Part shown: piece after piece, positions 18,395 through 27,560 of the stretch
How positions within the stretch are numbered: the stretch's first letter is position 1
How the letters are laid out: each line of letters opens with the position of its first letter
NCBI GenBank assembly: GCA_964592195.1
Contig: CAZQEI010000007.1
Coordinates: 5,082-69,081 of the forward strand
Direction: 5' to 3'
Origin: an uncultured Gammaproteobacteria bacterium
GTDB lineage: Bacteria > Patescibacteriota > Patescibacteriia > UBA11705
DNA: 64,000 nucleotides
Notes under the pieces: generated by a model
Told to the model about the DNA's origin: nothing
What the model saw: only the letters and a program-made list of their open reading frames with translations
Databases searched by the model: none
Program-made: the position numbers and the translations under genes

Positions 18395-19195
18395 TTACTT
18401 TCTCGATTCCGCGTTCCAGGCGTTTACCAGACCAAACTTGGGTCGGTTGATGATCTCGTCGGGCACGCCGAGGTGAGCGGCCAACTGACGGAGGATGATC
18501 TTCCTTCCGGTCGAGTTGGCTCGTTGTGACATGGGAATTCTAACCAATCTATCGAAAGCCGCAAGATAGGGCAACGCTACCGAGACACCAAATTGCTTGG
18601 CATAATAATCAAGCATTGAGAGATGTCGGGTGTAAAGTTCTTCCCAGAATCTTTCAAATACTTCGCGACGAACATCCTCAATATCAGTATCAGGATCAGG
18701 ATGTGTTCCACAAGGAAGCTGATGTTGCCAGTATCCACCGAGAATTTCATCAATCGCATCACCACAAATAACTTGGTCAAAACCTTGCTCCTTCATCGTT
18801 TCAAATAGCACAGAATACATATCAATGGGTTTTTCTTTCATGTTTTTAATCACGACGATATGATTAAAGTCCATTTGATTGAATTCGAACACCTTTGCCA
18901 GAATATTTGCATGGATTAGATCAGGATGATCTTCATGTCCGACAAGTGTAATCGCAGTAAACTTTGCTTCTAATTCCGTAAGTTCTAGAGCTAACACAGA
19001 TGAGTCAACTCCTCCGCTAAAACCTAGAGCGATCGGGCGATTGGTATCAAATGCTTGAATACTGGATAAAAGTGCTTGCTGAAGTAAAAAATCAAGACCT
19101 ATCTTGTTCAGCGGTTTTTCATCTTCCATATTCACAAAGACACTACTAGTTCGAACAATCTTTTCCCAATCACTGGGATGAATGATTCCCGGCAT
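18395..19195 (-). CDS. Asparagine synthase C-terminal (PP-loop ATPase) domain protein
   Basis: FSGGVDSS, CGDAIDEILGGY, V.LPYL, KIILRQLA..LGVPDEIINRPKFG; no glutaminase domain. Confidence 0.85.
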   Translation of the reverse strand: MPGIIHPSDWEKIVRTSSVFVNMEDEKPLNKIGLDFLLQQALLSSIQAFDTNRPIALGFSGGVDSSVLALELTELEAKFTAITLVGHEDHPDLIHANILAKVFEFNQMDFNHIVVIKNMKEKPIDMYSVLFETMKEQGFDQVICGDAIDEILGGYWQHQLPCGTHPDPDTDIEDVRREVFERFWEELYTRHLSMLDYYAKQFGVSVALPYLAAFDRLVRIPMSQRANSTGRKIILRQLAAHLGVPDEIINRPKFGLVNAWNAESRK

Positions 19196-19282
19196 GATGG
19201 TCTCCTGTTTGGGGTTAAAGGACAAACTTGACGTATAACCATATCATGATAAGATAGAAATGTCAATGATTTGACTAACAAT

Positions 19283-19786
19283 ATGGACTCAATTTTGTGC
19301 TTATTTCATCATATTTATCACGAAAATGACAAACATGGCGTACACCACGGCCATGAGCATTTTGAGTCTGATTACGAGATTACTCACTGTAAATGTGGTA
19401 AACATAGAATAGACAAAGCTCAGGCTATTGGTCATGATTTTGATGAAAATCAGCACTTAGTGGCTTTTGTTGAATTATGCCCAGAAGGTGGTTGGCATGT
19501 GGAGTCGGGTAAAATTATTTCTATTAATAAACAAGGCAATATCAACTATATTCTAAATTTCTTTCATCATATTCATCACGAAGAAAATGGTCACAAAGTG
19601 CATCATTGTGGTGGTGATCATGTTGGCTTTAATTATCGTATTGAACATTGTCAATGTAATAAACATCAGATTAACCAACCGGAAGCCATTGGTCATGATT
19701 TTGTTGAAAATGAACAACTAGTCACATTTACAGAACCTTGTCCTGAAGGTGGGTGGCATTTAGAGTCTGGAATCATTGATCATTGA
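19283..19786 (+). CDS. His/Cys-rich protein with two tandem homologous domains
   Basis: Twice FHHI.HE...H.VHH...Y.I.HC.C.KH.I....AIGHDF.EN..LV.F.E.CPEGGWH.ESG. Confidence 0.7.
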   Translation: MDSILCLFHHIYHENDKHGVHHGHEHFESDYEITHCKCGKHRIDKAQAIGHDFDENQHLVAFVELCPEGGWHVESGKIISINKQGNINYILNFFHHIHHEENGHKVHHCGGDHVGFNYRIEHCQCNKHQINQPEAIGHDFVENEQLVTFTEPCPEGGWHLESGIIDH

Positions 19787-19944
19787 ACATTGATCAAGGA
19801 GCATTGACCCAGCTGCTCGCGAGCGGCTGGGTTGATCATTATGAAGAAGGAAAAAACTCGTCTTTTTGACGAGTGTTTTTTATTAAAAAGTAATGCACAG
19901 TTTCATTTTTTACATAACATGCAACTTTGCTAAAATAGTAGTAT

Positions 19945-20556
19945 ATGAAGCACTTCATTGCAGTGGCGGGAAACATTGGAGCAGGGAAGACAACGTTGGC
20001 GAAAAAGCTGGCTAATCATTTTGGGTTTGAATTGTTTGAAGAGCCATTTGCCATGAATCCTTACTTGGAAAAGTTTTACGCAGATATGAAGACTTGGGCA
20101 TTTCGTTGTGAGTTGTCATTTCTAGGTCATCGTTTACAAAATCATCTTGCGATTGTTCAACGTGAAACATCCGTTATCCAAGATCGTTGCATTTACGAGG
20201 GAGCAGAAGTGTTTGCCAAGAATTTGTATTTGAATAATCATTTGAGTGAACATGACTGGCATACCTTTTGGCATTTGTATGAAAATTTAAAGTTATCATT
20301 ACCTAAACCAGATTTAGTTGTCTATCTAAAATCTTCCAGTCAACGTTGTTTCAATAATTTGCAAGCTAGACAAAGAGATATTGAATTAAATGTCACGCCT
20401 GATTACTTGGCATCATTACACAATTTATATGAACAATGGCGAGCGGAGTTTAATTTGTGTCCGATAGTCGTAGCCGATGCAGATATTTTTGATTTTAAGT
20501 ATGATAGTGAAGCATTTGGTTTATTAGCGGATAAAATAATGGAGTCCTACCAATAA
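19945..20556 (+). CDS. Deoxynucleoside kinase
   Basis: AGNIGAGKTT, EEP, QDRCIYE, PDLVVYL. Confidence 0.92.
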   Translation: MKHFIAVAGNIGAGKTTLAKKLANHFGFELFEEPFAMNPYLEKFYADMKTWAFRCELSFLGHRLQNHLAIVQRETSVIQDRCIYEGAEVFAKNLYLNNHLSEHDWHTFWHLYENLKLSLPKPDLVVYLKSSSQRCFNNLQARQRDIELNVTPDYLASLHNLYEQWRAEFNLCPIVVADADIFDFKYDSEAFGLLADKIMESYQ

Positions 20557-20649
20557 CGAATCCGCTACGTATCTACGAATCGGAAAAGTATTATTTACAC
20601 ATAGGAGTTTTAATATTCGTAGTTTCGTAGCCAATATGTCATTCGTAGC
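20547..20649 (+). repeat. GCTACG/CGTAG MITE-like element (inverted near-copy at 45012-45092)
   Basis: AATAACGAATCCGCTACGTATCTACG ... TATTCGTAGTTTCGTAGCCAATATGTCATTCGTAGC. Confidence 0.8.
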
Positions 20650-20655
20650 AAAAAT

Positions 20656-21270
20656 ATGAAACATTTTATCGTTGTATCGGGAAATATAGGCTCAGGCAAA
20701 ACAACGCTAGCGAAAAAGTTGGCGAAACATTTTAATTTTGAAGTTTATCAAGAACCGTTTGAGTTAAATCCGTATTTGGAACAATTTTACAAGGACATGC
20801 GTCAGTGGGCGTTTCATTCTCAAATGGCATTCTTGGCGCATTCGCTCCGTGATCATTTGAATATTTGTAAAAATGAAGTTTCCACCATTCAAGATCGTTC
20901 TTTGTATGAAAATGTGGAAGTGTTCACTCGTAATTTATTTCAATCTCAATATATTAACGAAGAAGATTGGCAGACATTTAGTCATTTATATGAAAATATA
21001 AAAAAGAACTTACCGCCACCGGATTTAATGATCTTTGTAAAAGCTTCACCCGCGCATTGCCATAAAAATGTTATGAAACGTGGTCGGGAAATGGAGAAGA
21101 ATTTGGGATTGTCATATTTAGTAAATTTGGATGAATTGTATAATGCTTGGATTGAATCGTTTTCATTGTGTCCCGTGGTAATGGCTGATGCGGATTTGAA
21201 TGATTTTCGGGATAATGAAGAAAATTTCTCTAATTTAGCTGGCCAAATTGAATCGAGTTTGAATTTGTAG
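20656..21270 (+). CDS. Deoxynucleoside kinase (tandem paralog)
   Basis: SGNIGSGKTT, QDRSLYE, PDLMIFV, KRGREME. Confidence 0.92.
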   Translation: MKHFIVVSGNIGSGKTTLAKKLAKHFNFEVYQEPFELNPYLEQFYKDMRQWAFHSQMAFLAHSLRDHLNICKNEVSTIQDRSLYENVEVFTRNLFQSQYINEEDWQTFSHLYENIKKNLPPPDLMIFVKASPAHCHKNVMKRGREMEKNLGLSYLVNLDELYNAWIESFSLCPVVMADADLNDFRDNEENFSNLAGQIESSLNL

Positions 21271-21367
21271 ATAGATGAATTATTGACATTTAGATAAAAA
21301 TATGAGACTATCTTGTAACAAACGAACCTATAGAGAGGTTCATTCTTAATATCAATAAACAATCAAT

Positions 21368-22825
21368 ATGGCCGAGGAAGTAATTTTGCGATTTGATAAT
21401 GTCACTTATGAATATGCAGAAAGAAAACCGATTCTTGAAGAAGCGTGTTTTTCAGTTAGAAAAGGCGCAAAGTTAACTTTGATGGGTCAGAACGGAGCGG
21501 GTAAGAGTACTATTTTTAAGTTAATTACTAAAGAAATTAAGCCACTCGAAGGTATTGTTTCGGTTAACAATGAAGTCACTATTGGTACTGCGCAACAGAT
21601 GATTGATAAAAAGGATTTTAATTTAACGGTTGAACAATATTTCTCCAAAGCTTTTAACCCAGTTCCCGGTAACATCAAGAGTCAGATTAGTAAAGTAATG
21701 ACTGCGGTGAATTTAACTTCTCCCACCACGCTCGAAGTGGGTAAATTGTCCGGTGGTCAACAAGCTCGCATTTTGTTAGCTTATGCTTTGATTCAAAACC
21801 CTGATATTTTGTTACTCGATGAACCAACGAACAATCTTGATAAGGCTGGCATTGATTACTTATTGAACTTTTTAATCATGTATGAAAAGACAGTAATAGT
21901 TATTTCACATGATGCGGATTTTTTAAACTGTTTTACTGAAGGTGTTATTTATTTGGATGTATTTACCAAGAAAACAGAAATGTATGTGGGTGACTATTAC
22001 ACCGTGGTGGAAGATATTCAACGAAGAATTGAACGGGAAATCAAGAAGAACGCTCAATTAGAAAAAGAAATTCAAGATAATAAAGATAAAGTAAACTTCT
22101 TTGCTCACAAAGGTGGTAAGATGCGTAAGTTGGCGAGTAAGCTGAAGCAGGAAGTGGAAGAGCTTGAAGAAAATAAAGTTGACGTGCGACGAGAAGACAA
22201 AACGATTCGTGAATTTTCCATACCAGCCCAAGGAATTACCGGCAATGTCGTGACTATTAATCAAGTAAAAGTAATTAAAGATCATGAGCCAGTAGTTAAA
22301 GATGTAAATATTGTTTTACGTCAACGTGATCGTTTATATGTTTCTGGACCGAATGGTATTGGTAAGAGTACTTTGTTGAGAACATTGGTAAGTCCAGAAC
22401 ATGATGGTGCAGTTATTTTAAAAGATACTCGATTGGGTTATTACAGCCAAGACTTTGCCACATTAGATTATGAGAAAACGGTATTTGATACTTTGAAACA
22501 AGCACTTGAATTTGGTGGTAGCACGGATGTGCAAGAAATGCGATCCATTGCCGCCGGCTTCTTGTTAACAGGTGAATTAATGGGACACACTATCGCACAA
22601 TTGTCAGAAGGACAAAAAGGTCTGTTGGCATTCGCATGTTTAGTGTTAAATCGCCCAGGCTTATTAGTCCTTGACGAGCCAACCAATCATATTAATTTCC
22701 GCCATATTCCAGTCATTGCTGAAGCCATTAATAATTACGAAGGCGCGATTATTCTCATTAGCCATATGTCAGACTTTGTGAGTGAGATAAAGTTTGATCA
22801 GAGATTAGATTTAGGTCGTTTATAA
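21368..22825 (+). CDS. ABC-F family ATP-binding protein
   Basis: Two NBDs (GQNGAGKST/LSGGQ/LLDEPTNNLD; GPNGIGKST/LSEGQ/LDEPTNH), coiled linker, no TM. Confidence 0.92.
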   Translation: MAEEVILRFDNVTYEYAERKPILEEACFSVRKGAKLTLMGQNGAGKSTIFKLITKEIKPLEGIVSVNNEVTIGTAQQMIDKKDFNLTVEQYFSKAFNPVPGNIKSQISKVMTAVNLTSPTTLEVGKLSGGQQARILLAYALIQNPDILLLDEPTNNLDKAGIDYLLNFLIMYEKTVIVISHDADFLNCFTEGVIYLDVFTKKTEMYVGDYYTVVEDIQRRIEREIKKNAQLEKEIQDNKDKVNFFAHKGGKMRKLASKLKQEVEELEENKVDVRREDKTIREFSIPAQGITGNVVTINQVKVIKDHEPVVKDVNIVLRQRDRLYVSGPNGIGKSTLLRTLVSPEHDGAVILKDTRLGYYSQDFATLDYEKTVFDTLKQALEFGGSTDVQEMRSIAAGFLLTGELMGHTIAQLSEGQKGLLAFACLVLNRPGLLVLDEPTNHINFRHIPVIAEAINNYEGAIILISHMSDFVSEIKFDQRLDLGRL

Positions 22826-22841
22826 GGCTACAGATGCTACG

Positions 22842-22861
22842 CCTGCCTGCCGGCAGGCAGG
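22842..22861. repeat. Perfect palindrome CCTGCCTGCCGGCAGGCAGG
   Basis: Self-complementary 20-mer inserted at CTACG^GAT in a CTAC.GAT array. Confidence 0.85.
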
Positions 22862-22933
22862 GATAATACACTACTGATGCTACAGATATAAAAAAGCTCC
22901 AGGGTTCTGGAGTCTTTTGATTTTTTAATATGT

Positions 22934-23287
22934 TTAATTAGGAAATGCCTGAATGGTTTTCATCGTAATTGATTTGTACCCAGTAGTGTGACGAATGAAA
23001 ACAATACTGAGAATAATACCAATTAATGTGGATAGGAGGATAAATAGGATGTTGGCAAAGGCACTGATCTTGATTGATATGATGTCAACCTCAATAATTC
23101 TCATGCAGTGAATTGCGAAAGAACCGCTATACACACTGAATGCTAGCGTGACAATCCACTCGAGGTTTGACTTAGTTGTAGCCGAAGCGTTCTGCTTTTC
23201 CAGTTTTTTTATGCGAAGATAATAGATAATACCATGATACACACAGGTGAAAAGCGAAAGAATGATCATGCTCAATGCAATTTCCAT
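22934..23287 (-). CDS. Hypothetical membrane protein (about 3 TM)
   Basis: Hydrophobic ORF; TTGACA-17-TATAAT promoter, GTTCTTAAAC, SD AGGGGG. Confidence 0.6.
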   Translation of the reverse strand: MEIALSMIILSLFTCVYHGIIYYLRIKKLEKQNASATTKSNLEWIVTLAFSVYSGSFAIHCMRIIEVDIISIKISAFANILFILLSTLIGIILSIVFIRHTTGYKSITMKTIQAFPN

Positions 23288-23458
23288 GGTTCCCCCTGGG
23301 GCGGTTTGTTTGTTTAAGAACGAAATAATAAAAAATTATATACTAAAAGAATACATTTGTCAATGATAAAGCAGGTTTTTTGTCTTATTTTCAATAAAAT
23401 GTTGATATTTCTTGGATTTTTCATTATTGTATGATATTATGAAAGCACAAGATTAAAA

Positions 23459-23659
23459 GCGTTTGACCTTGGTTATCGCCAGGGAACGCCCTTCTTCGCC
23501 TCCTTCTTCGTTAAAACTACGAAGGACAAGAAGGCTACGAAGGGCACGCTGCAGGAAGAATTTAGTAGAACCTGCCGGATTAGCCCGTTATCGCTAGAAT
23601 TAAGTGAAATACCGAGATGGTAACGCCCTTTGGGCTCTTGGACTGTGTCGGTTTTTTTA
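23459..23659 (+). ncRNA. Ile-specific T-box leader with ultrashort Stem I and intrinsic terminator
   Basis: Stem I GCGTT-TGA-CCTTGG-TTATCG-CCAGGG-AACGC with ATC specifier; Stem II GCAGG..AGTAGAA-CCTGC; IIA/B CCCGTTA; antiterminator CCGAGA-TGGTAAC-GCC..GGC-TCTTGG; T-run; upstream of ileS. Confidence 0.85.
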
Positions 23660-23669
23660 TTTGCGTTGC

Positions 23670-23775
23670 CCTTATATCCCCGTTTACGGGGTATCGAAAG
23701 AATACCTACATGATTGAGGATTTAATTATAGGGTAAGACTTTTTTACCACCTGAAGGTGGATATAAGTGACTAGC
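23670..23775. repeat. TTACATCC-hairpin-GAGT repeat pair (family also at 24432-24540 and 28901-29015)
   Basis: CCCCGTTTACGGGG and CCACCT(A/G)AAGGTGG hairpins in inverted pairs. Confidence 0.7.
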
Positions 23776-23793
23776 CTTTAATTTAAATAGTTC

Positions 23794-24390
23794 ATGTTTA
23801 TGCCAATCCAACTATACTTCATTCGCCACGGCGAAAGTGAAAAAAACATCTTAAGACTTCATTCTTGCGCACGCGAGAAATATCCATTGACGGAAAATGG
23901 TCGTAAAGCAGTTGAAGCTTATGCGGAAGAATTTAATGAACCGATTGATATTATTCTGTCTTCTCCGTTATTGCGAGCCAAACAAACAGCGGAAATATTT
24001 AATCAAAGGTTAAAAGTTGAAATAGTGTTAGATGAATATTTGGCTGAAGTTGACAGAGGTGCCTGGGATGATATTGACAGAGAAAAATTAATGGCCGAAT
24101 CAGAGGAATATCGCCAATATCGGCAATTACCTCCGGCGGAAAAAATCAAAACCAAAGCCGGTGTTCATGGTGAATCGAGAGAAGATGTGCAAGCGAGAAC
24201 AAGATTGTTTTTAAGAGAGTTAAAGGAGAAATATCCGAATAAAAAAGTGTTTGTCGTCGCGCATGGTTGTACTTATGCCGCGTTAAGAAAATTATTACAC
24301 GGTTGTGAACCAGATGAATACTTTCAACATGAGAATATTGGACACAATGATATACAGAAGTTTGTGATCGAAGATAATTTTAAAATTTAA
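23794..24390 (+). CDS. Histidine phosphatase family protein
   Basis: FIRHGES, SSPLLRAKQTA, LAEVDRGAW, GES, VVAHG. Confidence 0.92.
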   Translation: MFMPIQLYFIRHGESEKNILRLHSCAREKYPLTENGRKAVEAYAEEFNEPIDIILSSPLLRAKQTAEIFNQRLKVEIVLDEYLAEVDRGAWDDIDREKLMAESEEYRQYRQLPPAEKIKTKAGVHGESREDVQARTRLFLRELKEKYPNKKVFVVAHGCTYAALRKLLHGCEPDEYFQHENIGHNDIQKFVIEDNFKI

Positions 24391-24563
24391 TTAGATTTAT
24401 TAGTCACTAAAAAACATGTTATTCTCTGTTCTGTAAGACTCTTACTCCTACCTTCCGCCGGAGGCGGACTAGAAGAAAGGTAGATGTAAAAAGAAACGTT
24501 TTTCTTTACATCCCCGTTTACGGGGGAGTGAAAGTTTAATCGTAGTAGGGAAAATAAAAACAT

Positions 24564-27467
24564 ATGTCGCAAGAAAAATCACAATTCGCTCAAAATGAAG
24601 AGGAAACTCTAAAATATTGGGAAGAAAAAAACATTTTTAAAAAAACTTTGGAAAAAGATTCACCCAAAGGCAATTTTGTGTTTTTTGAAGGCCCGCCAAC
24701 TGCCAATGGCCGCCCTGGTATTCACCACGTGTTAGCTCGCGCTTTTAAAGATGTCATTCCGCGTTTTAAAACTATGAAAGGTTTTCATGTGGAACGAAAA
24801 GCCGGCTGGGACACGCATGGATTACCGGTTGAATTACAAGTAGAAAAACAATTGAATATTTCCGGTAAACCGCAGATTGAAGAATATGGCATTGAAAAAT
24901 TTAATGAACAATGTAAAGCCAGTGTGTGGCAATATCAAGAGGAATGGGAACGCTTAACCAAACGCATAGCGTATTGGGTGGATTTGGAACATCCCTATGT
25001 TACTTATCACAATGAATATATTGAATCTTTGTGGTGGATTTTGGCACAAGCGGAAGCGAGAGGCTTATTATACAAAGGTCACAAAGTCGTGCCTCATTGC
25101 CCACGTTGCGGCACAGCTTTGTCATCACATGAAGTGGCGCAAGGTTATCAAACTGTGAAAGATACTTCTGTTTACGTTAAATTCAAAGTTAAAGATCAAG
25201 AAAATACTTACATTTTATCTTGGACCACCACGCCTTGGACTTTACCAGGTAATGTTGCGTTAGCTGTTGGAGAAGATATTGAATATGTGAAAGTAAAAGT
25301 TGGTGATGATATTTTAATTATTGGAAAACCATTGGTGTCTGTGGTTCTGGGGGAAGGCGTTGAAGTATTAGAAACTTTTAACGGAAAAGATTTAGTTGGT
25401 TTGGAATATGAACCATTATTCCCTGGAGCTGTTGATCCTAAAGGTAAAAAAGCCTGGTATGTTACCACTGCAAATTTCGTCACAACTTCCGATGGTACGG
25501 GCGTGGTTCATACCGCTGTTATGTATGGTGAAGATGACTATGCTTTGGGCGTGGAAAAAGATTTACCATTTGTTCATACTGTTGACGAAGCAGGAAAGTT
25601 TTTACCGTCGGTAACTAAATGGGCGGGTAAGTTTGTAAAAAGTAAAACAGTAGAAACTGAAATTATTGAAGATTTGAATAGCCGAGGTTTATTATTGAGA
25701 CCGGAGGAATACGAACATGAATATCCTTTCTGCTGGCGTTGTGATTCACCTTTGTTGTATTACGCCAAGGATTCTTGGTTTATCAAAATGTCAGCTTTGA
25801 AAAATGAATTAGTCAAAAACAATCAAGCAATTAATTGGGTGCCTGATCATATCAAAGAAGGTCGGTTTGGTGAATGGTTGGAAAATATTAAAGATTGGGC
25901 AATTTCTCGACAGAGATATTGGGGTACACCATTACCGATTTGGCAATGCGCGAAATGCGATAAATATCAGGTGGTCGGTAGCTACGCGGAACTGGAAAAA
26001 CTTTCCGGCTCATTACCAAAGAACAAAAATGGGGAAGTGGATGTTCATCGTCCGTTTGTTGACGAATTAAAATGGTCATGCGAATGCGGTGGGGAAATGA
26101 AACGAAGTCTCGATGTTTTTGATTGTTGGTTTGACTCTGGCGCCATGCCGTTTGCGCAACATCATTATCCATTTGAAAATAAAGATTTAGTTGATTCTGG
26201 TGTCCAATATCCGGCTGACTATATTTCAGAAGCAATTGATCAAACTCGAGGTTGGTTCTACACCTTGTTAGCTGTGGCAACTATTCTTGGAAAAGAAGCA
26301 CCATATAAAAATGTTATTTGTTTAGGCCATATTCGAGATAAGAATGGTAAGAAGATGAGTAAATCCAAAGGCAACGTTGTCGATCCTTGGATGATTACCG
26401 ATAAATACGGAGTGGACGCCTTGCGAATGCATTTGTATTCCATGAATCAACCAGGAGAACCAAAGAACTTTGATGAAAAAAACGTAGAAGAAGTTTTGCG
26501 TAAGACGGTAATGTTGCTGGGAAATGTGATTAACTTCTACGAAATGTACAAAGAGGGAGCGACTGATGTAAAAGTTGGTGAAAATGTTTTGGATCAATGG
26601 ATCTTGGCGAAATTAAATCAGTTTGTTAAAGAGTTAACAGAGGATTTAGATGCTTATCATTTGTTTGAAGCATCAAGACGAATCATGACTTTTATCGAAG
26701 AACTTTCCACTTGGTATGTCCGTCGCAGTCGTGATCGTTTTAAAGTTAATGGCCCGGATAAAGATCAAGCGACAGCAATATTGAAATTAGTTTTGGAAAC
26801 TTTGATTCGTGTTTCTGCTCCTTTTATGCCATTTACTGCCGAAAGATTTTATCAAAAAGTTTCCGGTGTTATGGAATCAGTACACTTAGAATCTTGGCCG
26901 TCATTTGATGAATCTTTAATTGATGAAAATGTTTTGGCTAGCATGACTCAAGCGCGGGCAATTGTTGAAACTGGTTTAGCAGCACGCGATGAAGTGGCGA
27001 TCAAAGTCCGTCAGCCTTTAGCTGAGTTATTTTACACTGGGAATGAACTATCATCTGAATATTCTTCAATTATGGCGGATGAATTGAATGTGTTGAAAGT
27101 CACTGCAGTAAAAGAATTACCATTTGCTGAGAATTTAATTCAAAAAGAACAACCAAACTTGAAAGTCGCTTTGGATATTGTCTTAACTCCCGAATTAAAG
27201 TTAGCCGGTCATTTACGTGAGTTGATTCGCAATGTTAACAATCTTCGTAAGAATGCCGGTTTAACTCCGGGCGATAAAGTGAAATTACATTGGGAAACAA
27301 CAGAGCAAGATTTGTTGACCATGTTCGCGGATGAAAAGTTGGTGGATGAATTGAAAGCCAATGTTATTGCCACAGAAGTAACTCAAGGAAAAGTGGAAGT
27401 TGCAGAAAATTTCTCAGTGGATATGAAAGTGAATGGGATGGATTTGTGGGTTGGGTTAGTAAAGTAA
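24564..27467 (+). CDS. ileS: Isoleucine--tRNA ligase (type 2)
   Basis: EGPPTANGRPGIHH, GWDTHGLPVE, WTTTPWTLP, DWAISRQRYWG, DQTRGWFY, KMSKS; no C-terminal Zn finger. Confidence 0.97.
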   Translation: MSQEKSQFAQNEEETLKYWEEKNIFKKTLEKDSPKGNFVFFEGPPTANGRPGIHHVLARAFKDVIPRFKTMKGFHVERKAGWDTHGLPVELQVEKQLNISGKPQIEEYGIEKFNEQCKASVWQYQEEWERLTKRIAYWVDLEHPYVTYHNEYIESLWWILAQAEARGLLYKGHKVVPHCPRCGTALSSHEVAQGYQTVKDTSVYVKFKVKDQENTYILSWTTTPWTLPGNVALAVGEDIEYVKVKVGDDILIIGKPLVSVVLGEGVEVLETFNGKDLVGLEYEPLFPGAVDPKGKKAWYVTTANFVTTSDGTGVVHTAVMYGEDDYALGVEKDLPFVHTVDEAGKFLPSVTKWAGKFVKSKTVETEIIEDLNSRGLLLRPEEYEHEYPFCWRCDSPLLYYAKDSWFIKMSALKNELVKNNQAINWVPDHIKEGRFGEWLENIKDWAISRQRYWGTPLPIWQCAKCDKYQVVGSYAELEKLSGSLPKNKNGEVDVHRPFVDELKWSCECGGEMKRSLDVFDCWFDSGAMPFAQHHYPFENKDLVDSGVQYPADYISEAIDQTRGWFYTLLAVATILGKEAPYKNVICLGHIRDKNGKKMSKSKGNVVDPWMITDKYGVDALRMHLYSMNQPGEPKNFDEKNVEEVLRKTVMLLGNVINFYEMYKEGATDVKVGENVLDQWILAKLNQFVKELTEDLDAYHLFEASRRIMTFIEELSTWYVRRSRDRFKVNGPDKDQATAILKLVLETLIRVSAPFMPFTAERFYQKVSGVMESVHLESWPSFDESLIDENVLASMTQARAIVETGLAARDEVAIKVRQPLAELFYTGNELSSEYSSIMADELNVLKVTAVKELPFAENLIQKEQPNLKVALDIVLTPELKLAGHLRELIRNVNNLRKNAGLTPGDKVKLHWETTEQDLLTMFADEKLVDELKANVIATEVTQGKVEVAENFSVDMKVNGMDLWVGLVK

Positions 27468-27560
27468 ATAATAAAGCAAAAAAACAAGAAAGCAATAAAG
27501 CAAATTTGGAATATTCTTTGTGCTTCATGCTTCATGTTCCATGTTACATGCATAATAACT

